DNA of 49,227 bases from Candidatus Pacearchaeota archaeon (GTDB lineage Archaea > Nanobdellota > Nanobdellia > Pacearchaeales > GW2011-AR1). This document shows positions 34,980 to 44,000 of the stretch, one piece after another. The stretch's first letter is position 1. Each line of letters opens with the position of its first letter. A program made the translations under genes and the position numbers. Below the pieces are notes generated by a model, which worked only from the letters and a program-made list of their open reading frames with translations, searched no databases and was not told where the DNA came from. The stretch lies in NCBI GenBank assembly GCA_017609915.1, contig JAFCDA010000002.1, forward strand, positions 1 through 49,227, written 5' to 3'.

Positions 34980-37900
34980 TCACTTAAACAACTCCTTCGC
35001 TTTCCTCTCAATTTCTAAATCTAAATTAGCCTTTTTTTTATCAAATTCTTTTTGTTTAGCCTTAATTGCAGCCCCTAACTTATTATCAAATTCATCCCTT
35101 AACTTTTTTCTAATAACCGAAGATTGTTTAACAACCGTGGACTTAATAGCTTGTTTTTTATCTTGTTCTAATTTTTTCATTAACTGCTTTTTATAAAGAT
35201 TTTCGTTTTTCCTTATTTTTCTAATCTCAGAATTTAATTGATTTCTTATTCTTGAAACCATTGTTTTTTCTTTAGAAAGTTTGTTTTTTACTTGCTCAAT
35301 TCTTCTTTTTTCCTTGTCTTTCTTTTGAATATGCTGTTTATGAACTTTTTTAATTTCCTGAGTTAAATGTTCATACATTTTATTATTTAATGCTATCCTA
35401 TGTACCAGAATCTCATGATCAAAATGTTTTCTTAAATTTCTTTTTTCTTTAATTAAACTATCTCCATAAGTTCTCTCTAAATTAATTCTATTAAATTCAA
35501 ATTCTCGCTTTAACTTCTCTCTCATCTCTTCTATCTTTTTCTTAGAAATCTTAATTTTTTCTTCTATCTCTTTTTCTTTTAACTCTTTCTCTTTCTCAGA
35601 AGATATTTGAGTTTTTAATTTTTCATGTTTTTCAGATAAACTTTTAAGAATTTTATCCTGCTTTTTTTTCAAAACTGCTTTTTCTCTCTCTAATTTTCTT
35701 CTTATCTCTGCTTTGAGTTTACTTATTAAATCTATTTTTCTCTTATTTAATAATTCAACAAGCCTTTTTTGTTTTTCTTCTAATTCTTTTTTATGATTAT
35801 CTAACTTTTTCTGATTTTCAGTATTAATTTTTTCTCTTAATTCTGTTTCTTTTTTTACAAGTAGTTGCTTTTGTTTTTCAATATTCTGTGTTGACAATCT
35901 CTTCTCTCTTTCAATTCTTCTTTGTAAAATTCTATTTTGAGATTCTATCTTCTTATCTAATTGTTTTTCTTTTTCTTTCAAAAAAATTCTTTGTTGTTCC
36001 ACACTCTTTTTTAATTTATCATGATCTGATTCCAATATCTTTTTTTTATTTCCCAATTCTGCTCTTAATTTTTCTTCTTTTTGTTTTAAACCTCTATTTT
36101 GTTTTTCAATATTATTATTCAATTCCTGTTCTTTTCTTCTTAACAACTTAATTTTTTCTATTAATTTTGTTTTTATTTTTTCATTTTCTCCTATTAACCA
36201 ATCTTTTTCCTTACTTACTTTCTGATAAGCCTTTAAAGCAAATTCTTTTCTTGCTTTACTTAATTCATCCTTTAAATTAGATTCTAATTTTGCTTTAAGC
36301 TCTTTTTCATGTTCTTTTAATTTTCCTGCAGATTCAAAAGAAAGTTTTGCTTTAAGTTGTTTTTTCCTTTTTTCTAAATTTTGATTAGCTTTAGAATTTA
36401 AAATAAATTTTAATTTTTCCTCTTTTAAAATAAGCCTTTGAGAAGCTTCATATTGTCTTTTTGACAGTTTTTCTGCCCTTTCTTTAAATTTCTTTAATTT
36501 TTCTTCCTCTCTTTCTTTTAGTTCTCTTTTAGAAACATTAAGATGTATTTGTTTCTTTCTTTCTTTAGCAATCTCTACTTTTAATTTTTCATGTTCTTTA
36601 GATAAATTATTTAAAACTTTTTTTTCCTTTTTTCTCATTAATCTTTTTTTACCTGCTAATTCTTTTTCTTTCTGCAAATTCAATTTTTTAAACAAATCTT
36701 TCTTTTTTTGCTCAAACTTATCAACTTCTTTTTCTGTTTTTTGTTGTTGTATTTGTTTATGCTGTGATAATTTCTTTTTAAATTCAGAATTTAATCTTTT
36801 TCTTATTTCTTCTTCTTTTCCAGAAAGAAATTGATCCTCATCCCTTATTTTTTGATTTAAATCTTTTTGTTTTAAATCCAAAAGTTCAGTTCTTTTTTTA
36901 AGCTCTTTTTTTAATTTTTTCTGTTTTAATATCAACAAATTTCTTTTTATTTCTAAATCCTCATTTATATTTTTTTCTTTATTCTTTAACGCTTCCTTCT
37001 GACTTTTAATCTCTGCTTCTAATTCTTCTGCTTTTTCTTTTAAAAATTTCCTTTGTTTTCTTATTTGTTTTTTTGATTTTTCATCTTTTATCTTTAATTC
37101 ATTTCTTTCCCTAATTATTTCTTGAGAAGCTTGTAAAGCAAACTGATTTTTAAGTTTTCTCTCTATTTCATCTACTTCCTTATTTTCTTTATTTTCCAAA
37201 AGTCCTTTAAGATTCTTTTTCTCTTCAGCAAGTTCTTTTTCTAACTTTTGTTCTAATCTTTTTTGAAGTGTTTGTTTTTTATCAAACAGGATTTTAGCAT
37301 TTTCTCTTTTAAGTTCAGTTTGAACCCTGTTTTTCCTTTTTTCTAATTCTTTAAACTCTCTTGCATCCATAATCTTTCTTAATCTCTTTTTCTCATCCCT
37401 TATTTTTTTAAAACCTCTTTCAGAAAGTTTTTTCTTTATAATATCCTGTTCTTCTTTTAATTTATTTAGTCTTTCTTTTTCTATTGTTATTAATTGTTTT
37501 CTTTTTCTTTTTAATCTTTCAAAAGCTTCTTTTTCAAGTTGTTTCCTAAGAGCGATTATTCTATCTTTTAAGGCATTATTAAATCTATTTCTAATTTCTT
37601 TTTCTAAACAATCCTTAACTTTTTCTTCATATTTTTTATCAAATTTATTTTCTAAATTTTTATATTGTAATTTAAAATTCTCTTTCCTATTTTTTAAATC
37701 TCTTTGAAGTTTTTTCTGAATTTCTAATTCCTTGCTTTTTAATCTTTTAGATACTTCTATTTTAATGTCTTTCAAAGTTAGATTAAATTTATTATCTATA
37801 AGAAAACTGACTCCTGGGTCCATTTCCTTTAATAGCTTTTTCTTTATTATTTCATCTTCTTTTTGTTCTTCTACAAATCCTTGTAATGATTTTAATCTTT

Positions 37901-38537
37901 TATTAATTTTTGAACCTCTTTCAACAGGATTAATTTTTTCAGGTTTATATTTTCCTTTTATTTTTCTTTTTAAAATACTCATTTCTTTTTCAACTTGAGG
38001 AAGATAAGAAATATTTTTTAATTTAGAACGAATAGAATTTGCTTCTTTTTTCCAATTTGTAGTATCAAGCGTTTCTAATTCTTCCTTAATTTTTTCTACT
38101 TTTTCAACACCTTTACCAAAAACATTAAAATCCTTTCTCTTACGAGCTCCTTTTGTTTTATTTTTAATTCCTTTTTTCTTTAATTTTCTTTTTTTAACTC
38201 TGCTTGATTTTTTTCTTAAAGAATCCTCGCCCTTATTCTTTATCCTCGATTCTTTTAAGCCTTTAAGGGCTGCATTAACTATTTGTTTTTCAATGTTTTT
38301 TGTTGAATCAGATGCAACAATTAAATCATTTGATTTTATTTTTTTTCCAAGCAATAATCCTCCTAAATAAACTGCTTTTGAAGACTGTAAACTATTTTCT
38401 CCCTTATCTTGCCATCCCAAATTTAATAACTCTTGCGTATTTGAAGAACAAAGAACCTTGTTTCCACTTTTAATTTGTAGAATAACTGAATTCTTAGTTT
38501 TTTTAATTTCTAATTCGTTTTTAGATTTTATACTCAT
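34980..38537 (-). CDS. Giant (1185 aa) K/E/R-rich coiled-coil protein with an N-terminal uL18 (L18/L5e)-like domain
   Basis: Uninterrupted ORF. The first ~105 aa (KKTKNSVILQI..GNKVLCSSNTQELLNLGW..SKAVYLGGLLLGKK..ALKGLKESRI) are collinear with archaeal L18. The rest is heptad-like low-complexity sequence with internal duplications. Confidence 0.6.
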   Translation of the reverse strand: MSIKSKNELEIKKTKNSVILQIKSGNKVLCSSNTQELLNLGWQDKGENSLQSSKAVYLGGLLLGKKIKSNDLIVASDSTKNIEKQIVNAALKGLKESRIKNKGEDSLRKKSSRVKKRKLKKKGIKNKTKGARKRKDFNVFGKGVEKVEKIKEELETLDTTNWKKEANSIRSKLKNISYLPQVEKEMSILKRKIKGKYKPEKINPVERGSKINKRLKSLQGFVEEQKEDEIIKKKLLKEMDPGVSFLIDNKFNLTLKDIKIEVSKRLKSKELEIQKKLQRDLKNRKENFKLQYKNLENKFDKKYEEKVKDCLEKEIRNRFNNALKDRIIALRKQLEKEAFERLKRKRKQLITIEKERLNKLKEEQDIIKKKLSERGFKKIRDEKKRLRKIMDAREFKELEKRKNRVQTELKRENAKILFDKKQTLQKRLEQKLEKELAEEKKNLKGLLENKENKEVDEIERKLKNQFALQASQEIIRERNELKIKDEKSKKQIRKQRKFLKEKAEELEAEIKSQKEALKNKEKNINEDLEIKRNLLILKQKKLKKELKKRTELLDLKQKDLNQKIRDEDQFLSGKEEEIRKRLNSEFKKKLSQHKQIQQQKTEKEVDKFEQKKKDLFKKLNLQKEKELAGKKRLMRKKEKKVLNNLSKEHEKLKVEIAKERKKQIHLNVSKRELKEREEEKLKKFKERAEKLSKRQYEASQRLILKEEKLKFILNSKANQNLEKRKKQLKAKLSFESAGKLKEHEKELKAKLESNLKDELSKARKEFALKAYQKVSKEKDWLIGENEKIKTKLIEKIKLLRRKEQELNNNIEKQNRGLKQKEEKLRAELGNKKKILESDHDKLKKSVEQQRIFLKEKEKQLDKKIESQNRILQRRIEREKRLSTQNIEKQKQLLVKKETELREKINTENQKKLDNHKKELEEKQKRLVELLNKRKIDLISKLKAEIRRKLEREKAVLKKKQDKILKSLSEKHEKLKTQISSEKEKELKEKEIEEKIKISKKKIEEMREKLKREFEFNRINLERTYGDSLIKEKRNLRKHFDHEILVHRIALNNKMYEHLTQEIKKVHKQHIQKKDKEKRRIEQVKNKLSKEKTMVSRIRNQLNSEIRKIRKNENLYKKQLMKKLEQDKKQAIKSTVVKQSSVIRKKLRDEFDNKLGAAIKAKQKEFDKKKANLDLEIERKAKELFK

Positions 38538-38597
38538 TTTTCACCCCTTTATTTAACTTAATTCTTGACCTTTTTAAACCATTTTAGTTTAAAAAAG

Positions 38598-38756
38598 TTA
38601 TTTTCCTATCCCCCATCGTTTTTTTCTCAACCATTTTTTATACTCTTTTTTCTTACCAATATAAATCTTCTTAACTTTCTTCCCTTTTCTATAGCTCTTA
38701 TAATAATAAGGCCCAAAAACTTTATTTCCTCTTTTTACATACTTTTTATAAACCAT
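38598..38756 (-). CDS. Small basic protein (52 aa) with a GPYYY motif
   Basis: Not in the ORF track. MVYKKYVKRGNKVFGPYYYKSYRKGKKVKKIYIGKKKEYKKWLRKKRWGIGK. Lies directly upstream of, and co-directional with, the giant coiled-coil gene. Confidence 0.4.
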   Translation of the reverse strand: MVYKKYVKRGNKVFGPYYYKSYRKGKKVKKIYIGKKKEYKKWLRKKRWGIGK

Positions 38757-38850
38757 TTTGTTGATTAATGATATTTTCAGTAATATTTATTTTTCTTACT
38801 ATAATACTGTAGAACAACTTATTTAAATATCTTTTCATATAAAAAAATCT

Positions 38851-39069
38851 CTATTTTTTAGGGTTTTCAAGAACTTTTTCTTTCTGTGCCTTGTCAGACT
38901 TAACTTTTTTCTCTCTTTTAACCCAATTAACTTTTTTCGGATCTCTTTTTAAGGCCATATTTCTCTTACATTTACTAGAACAATAATTAATAGCTTTTCC
39001 ATCAAATGTAAACACAGTTAATCCTCTTGGTTCTTTATAATTTTTTTTGCAAAATGAACATGTTGGCAT
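38851..39069 (-). CDS. rpl24e: 50S ribosomal protein eL24
   Basis: MPTCSFCKKNYKEPRGLTVFTFDGKAINYCSSKCKRN zinc-ribbon pattern. The ATG at 39069 is preferred over the TTG start in the ORF track. Confidence 0.85.
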   Translation of the reverse strand: MPTCSFCKKNYKEPRGLTVFTFDGKAINYCSSKCKRNMALKRDPKKVNWVKREKKVKSDKAQKEKVLENPKK

Positions 39070-39070
39070 T

Positions 39071-39310
39071 TTAAACAACTTCTGGAATATATTTAATATC
39101 TAATCTATATTTTGTGATAACTAAACCTTTACTTCCATCTACCTCTTGAGGACAAAGTTTAAAACTAAATGCAGAAACTGCGTTAGAAAAAACTTTCTCA
39201 ATCATAGAAACCTGTGAAGGAAGAATATCATAAATAGAAGCAACCCCCCTATTAGGAGAAATTAATCCAATCATCTTACATTGAATTTTAGTAATCAAAT
39301 TTTTTGGCAT
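39071..39310 (-). CDS. Hypothetical protein (79 aa) within the ribosomal protein gene string
   Basis: Internal start MPKNLITKIQ... sits directly after the S28e stop, and the ORF ends 1 nt before the L24e start. No motif recognised. Confidence 0.4.
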   Translation of the reverse strand: MPKNLITKIQCKMIGLISPNRGVASIYDILPSQVSMIEKVFSNAVSAFSFKLCPQEVDGSKGLVITKYRLDIKYIPEVV

Positions 39311-39311
39311 T

Positions 39312-39608
39312 TTAACTAAAAGCTCCTTTTGAAATTTTAGTTTTAATTCTTCGAGCTTCAATCTGTGTTTCCCTTAACATTAAAATATCTCTTTTTCTTA
39401 CAGGCCCTTTAACATTTCTTCTCATAACTTTTCCTTTATCAAATCCTTGTAAAATTCTGCATTTAACCTGAGTAACTTCTCCTTTTGCACCAGTCCTTCC
39501 AATAATTCCCTCAACAACTGCAGGGGCTGCTGTTTCAGACAATAAAGACTCTGCTCCCTTAGAACCACTTCCTTGTCTTTGTTTTATTTTTTGAGTTTTA
39601 CTTCCCAT
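39312..39608 (-). CDS. rps28e: 30S ribosomal protein eS28 with an N-terminal extension of about 25 aa
   Basis: [58 protein letters not shown] is the S28e core. Confidence 0.85.
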   Translation of the reverse strand: MGSKTQKIKQRQGSGSKGAESLLSETAAPAVVEGIIGRTGAKGEVTQVKCRILQGFDKGKVMRRNVKGPVRKRDILMLRETQIEARRIKTKISKGAFS

Positions 39609-39631
39609 TTTATATTATTTTGTTTTATATC

Positions 39632-39710
39632 TCTATAAATTATTAGGTTTTAAAGATGAGGGTATAGCTTAACATATCATCTACATATCTTAAGATTGCT
39701 TATCAAATAT
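39632..39710 (+). repeat. Dispersed intergenic module, copy C
   Basis: tctataaattattaggttttaaagatgagggtatagcttaacatatcatctacatatcttaagattgcttatcaaatat. Confidence 0.45.
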
Positions 39711-39729
39711 TGGTTTTTATTTTTAATAT

Positions 39730-40047
39730 TTATTTATTCTGAGTTTTAATAAAACTTTCAATATCTTTCTCTGCATCTCCAGGTTCAATTATACAAGCAG
39801 AAGCACAAGCAACATTTAATCCAACAGAAATCCCTAATTTTTCTTTTTTATCTGCTCCAACACAAGGAATATTTTTTTCCTTACATAAAATAGGTATATG
39901 CTGAACTATTTCTTTAGGTTCAACATCTTCTCCATAAGCTACTAATTTAGCTGTTCCTCTTTCTATTGCTTTAGTAACTTCGTTTGTACCTTTCTCAACT
40001 TTTCCAGTCTTTCTTGCTTTTTCAATTATTTCATATATGGATGCCAT
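39730..40047 (-). CDS. rpl7ae: 50S ribosomal protein L7Ae (K-turn binding)
   Basis: KGTNEVTKAIERGTAKLVAYGEDVEPKEIVQHIPILCKEKNIP. Confidence 0.9.
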   Translation of the reverse strand: MASIYEIIEKARKTGKVEKGTNEVTKAIERGTAKLVAYGEDVEPKEIVQHIPILCKEKNIPCVGADKKEKLGISVGLNVACASACIIEPGDAEKDIESFIKTQNK

Positions 40048-40170
40048 TTTTAGATAAACTTTGTTTATTAAACCAGAACATAATAGTGTAATGCCTCACA
40101 TTAGTTCATTGGCTTGTTTTAAATAGAAAAATTGGGTTTATAAAGGTTATTGTAAGATTTCTCTGTTAAC

Positions 40171-40914
40171 TTAGAACAAACCTTTACCAGAATTAATCAA
40201 AATTACTTTACTGTTTAATTTTATCTTGTTTAAAAAAGAAAAAACAACCGCGCTTGAAGGCTCACAATCAACTAATCTTTTAAATTTCTTATAACAATCT
40301 TTAATTTCTTCTTCATTTAATTTTATAATTTTATTGCCTTCTTTTAAAATTGATTGAATTTTTGATTTGTATGGTATCCAAGGAGTGCTTAATTTATCTG
40401 CAAAACTATTTTTATTCTTTGTTCCAATACCAATTAATTTTGTTTTCATTTTTAATTGTTTAATTTTATTATAAAGCCCAACAAACGCTTCTCCACTTCC
40501 TACTGGAACCACAATAAATTTAGGATTTTCTTTTTTGATTTCATCTATTATTTTTTCATATGCTTTATGAAATCCATTTGTTACATCCCAAATAACTTCT
40601 TCTTCATTTTCTCTTGCAAGAAAGATTATTTCTTCTGGCTTAAGAATCCTTTTTGATAAATCTACTTCAATTAATTTATGAATTGAATCTTTTAATACTT
40701 TTTTAATTGATTCTTTTAATTTCTTATCAACAACACAAACAACTTTAATAGTTGTTTTTTCAGAAAATTTAGACAAACTATAACCTGCATTTCCAGAAGT
40801 AATTAATACAAGTTTATCTACATAATCCTCTTTTGCTTCCCTTATTATTAACTCACTTCTCCTATCTTTAAAAGTTCTAAAAGGATTTTTACTTTCATCC
40901 TTGATTAAAATCAT
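40171..40914 (-). CDS. PLP-dependent (tryptophan-synthase-beta fold, PALP) enzyme, N-terminally short or split
   Basis: KDESKNPFRTFKDRRS (PLP-lysine motif) and TSGNAG. A 13-codon ORF (40916-40957, MKKSGDTPPKEIK), which looks like the missing GxTPL segment, lies upstream in the +1 frame. Confidence 0.6.
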   Translation of the reverse strand: MILIKDESKNPFRTFKDRRSELIIREAKEDYVDKLVLITSGNAGYSLSKFSEKTTIKVVCVVDKKLKESIKKVLKDSIHKLIEVDLSKRILKPEEIIFLARENEEEVIWDVTNGFHKAYEKIIDEIKKENPKFIVVPVGSGEAFVGLYNKIKQLKMKTKLIGIGTKNKNSFADKLSTPWIPYKSKIQSILKEGNKIIKLNEEEIKDCYKKFKRLVDCEPSSAVVFSFLNKIKLNSKVILINSGKGLF

Positions 40915-41003
40915 ATTACTTAATTTCTTTAGGAGGGGTATCTCCTGATTTTTTCATAGATTAAAATGATTTTACATGTTAATAAAAGTTTTTGTAAGAT
41001 TAT

Positions 41004-44000
41004 TTATCCAAACAATTTAGCAAAAACAGCTTTCAACCAACCCCAAATTTTTGCAAACGGAGATAATGAAGGTATACTACTACATTCTCCTGTCTGTATA
41101 TCGCAAGTATCTCCTACCCCAAAAACATCTACGCATTGCTGGTCAGTTGTGCAAACGCAAGGCAATGCACCAGCCCAAGCAACACCAACAGTTGAATCAG
41201 GCATACTTCCATCACACACTGGGCTGGATATTAATGGATGATAATCCCAAAAATACCCTCTATCCTTACCACCTAAGGCCTCAGCAGTATAAAAACCAGG
41301 ATTAACAAAAAAAGGAGTAATACCATCTATTGAATAATCATATTCAGGTGTTGAACCTATAAATCCAATATCACTAAAATAATTAGGATAACCATGTAAT
41401 GCATATGGAGAAAAATCATTTTTCCAAACAACAGTAATTGTGTTAGGTCCTTTACCTCCCTCATATCCATTTGTCCCTCCTCTCATCCAGAAAATATTAT
41501 AATCTTCTGTATAATTATAAGTAAAGTTTGGAAGACCATAATTCCCAACAATAATATTATTATAAATCTCAATGCCAGAACCATCATAATCTTGATGCAT
41601 ACCAAAACCAAAACCACTTGCAGTAAATCTCTGCAATATATCATATTTTGCAATACCATCAACTTTTACACCTGGAATAAAAGTATTATTTCTTACAGAA
41701 ATATTAGTCCCACTATTATAAAGATAAACACGTCCAGTATCATAAAAAAGATTATTTTCCACAGTCATATTATGATAAGAAATTCCAATATCATAAAACA
41801 ACATACCTTGAGAAAACCCATCATGAACAGTATTATTACGAATAACTCTATTTGAACCTCTTATTGAAAGTCCACTCCCAGGATGCCAGGAAATATAAGG
41901 ATAATACAAATCACTAGAATCTCCATGCTGATCATGAACATGATTCCCTTCTATTAGGACTCCTGTTGAAACACCCTGAATACGTATTCCTGAACCTTCT
42001 GACATAGCATGAGCATGATTACTGGAACAAACAAAATCATTGGCTCCATCTGCAAAAATTCCCCCCCTTGTATTAGTTGTCTCACAACCATGAATAGTTA
42101 CATCATCCGAATAAGAAACAGATACACCATACTGTGATACATACTTATTTGACCCATTAAGCCAACAATTCATCACTTGAACATGATTCGCTCTAATTAC
42201 TGCCGCAACACTCCCTAATACAGGATGTGACCATCCATCTGAAAAATCTATACCAGGATAATCTAATGGATTAAACTCCGGATGCTGAACCTTAATTCCA
42301 TCAAATTTAAGATAAGCATCTTGCTGATTTTTATTATATATGTATATTCTTTCAAAAATAGGGGTTTTCCCAGAATCTGCTTTATATGTAGCCCATTTTC
42401 CAGGATTTCTAATAGGCATATCTATTAATGAAAATTCTCCATAATTCCCACTATCTAACAAAAAGGTAATTTCTTCATCTAGTCTTGCACTTGCATTTAA
42501 CTGAGCCTCACTTAAATTAAACTCATTCCCAATAGAACCGTCATGACTTCCTGCCCCTATTGGTGAAACATAATAAGTATTTTGAATAACACAACCAATT
42601 CCGGGAACACAAGTATCTACTCCACAATCTGTTAAATTAGTTCTATCTAAACAAGTATCACTTCCAAGACTACAATTATATAACATCTTTCCTTGGCAAA
42701 AAACTCCAACACTAGAACAACCATCATCATCTGTACAGGTTGGACCCCCTTCACAAGCCAAATCTAATCTTTTTGCTGAAAACAAAATCTTTGTATTATC
42801 ACTATATCCATCTCCTTCAAAAAGCGAGGGTTGAGTATAACGATACCCTTCAGGAAGAGGGATTTTCTCTCTTTCTCCTCCAGTATAATTCATCACATAT
42901 ATCTCATTTATTATATCATCTGTATCGTAAAGCCGGGGCCCGGTAAAAAAACCAGTCCAATTAACATACCAAATTATAACTTTTTCATTATTCAGCCATT
43001 CTGGAACCCCATCTGCATCATATAGAGGAATATGCTGTTCAGAAATATCTGTCTCATTTCCTGGTTCACTAACATTAACAATATAAGTATGCCAATTATC
43101 TTCATTTGTAAAACGCATAAAAGCTACTTTAGTTTCATCTGGAGAAATCTTTGGATCAACATCACCATATCCATCACCCTGCAAACCCCCTGATAAGTTT
43201 CTTGGAAGTGTAAGCAATTCAGCCCCACTGCCATTCTCATTCATCCTCCATATGCCTCTAAACCACAATTCTGGCATACCAAAAGTACCATTATTATAAT
43301 ATGATGCAGGAAAAACTATTTTATTTCCAACCTGATGAGGGTCTGTTGGACCAATAACACCAGGAGGCATAGTAAACTTTATTTCACTAATAACATCCAG
43401 ACTTTCATTTAAAAATATTTGATAGATTTCCCCAATTGGATCACCATAAAGATAAACTAAACTATTATCTGTAATCCAGTAGCTATTAACATAAGTCTCG
43501 TCCGGATCTGGAGAAAAAAGACTCTTCACTTCTTTAGAACTTAAATTCATGACTAAAACTTCTGTGTTTAGATAATTTGAGCTCCAATCAGTATTTACCT
43601 GAGCTGCACAGTTAGGGTCTTTGAAATGGCCTCCTACATTATTATAAGTTGAATAAGTAATCAATTGTTTATTTGGAGAAACTCGCGCATGAGTCATCTC
43701 TCTATATGTATCTCCATGAATTAATTTCATTTCACTTCCACCTAAATTAGAAGTATAAAGTCCAAAAACAGCTGGCTTACAAACATCATTATCACAATAA
43801 AAATCCTCATCACAAATTTCAGTGCCACAAAGTTCTGTTGACTTAACACACTTTCCATCTAAACATGTTTCACCAACATCACAATCCACATCATTAATAC
43901 ACTCAACACAAAACTCGCCTATTTTTTTCGCTGAAACTATAATTTTATTTTCCTTTGCAAAAAAAGATGGTTGAGTATACTCATACCCTTGTGGAAGAGG

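Noticed and set aside
35888-37998. Plus-strand ORFs 35888-36151 and 37732-37998 (also 24359-24688, 38565-38768, 22224-22616 and 22742-22963)
   Set aside because: They lie antisense to long K/E-rich or well-supported genes, and their translations are F/L/S-rich mirror images typical of AT-rich antisense frames.
40048-40170. Possible autoregulatory K-turn in the L7Ae 5' leader (hairpin TAATG-CCTCA-CATTA and the CCA-AT-GAAC...GTTC-TGG pairing)
   Set aside because: The helices I could draw are fully Watson-Crick next to the bulge. No tandem sheared G.A pairs or 3-nt bulge are evident.
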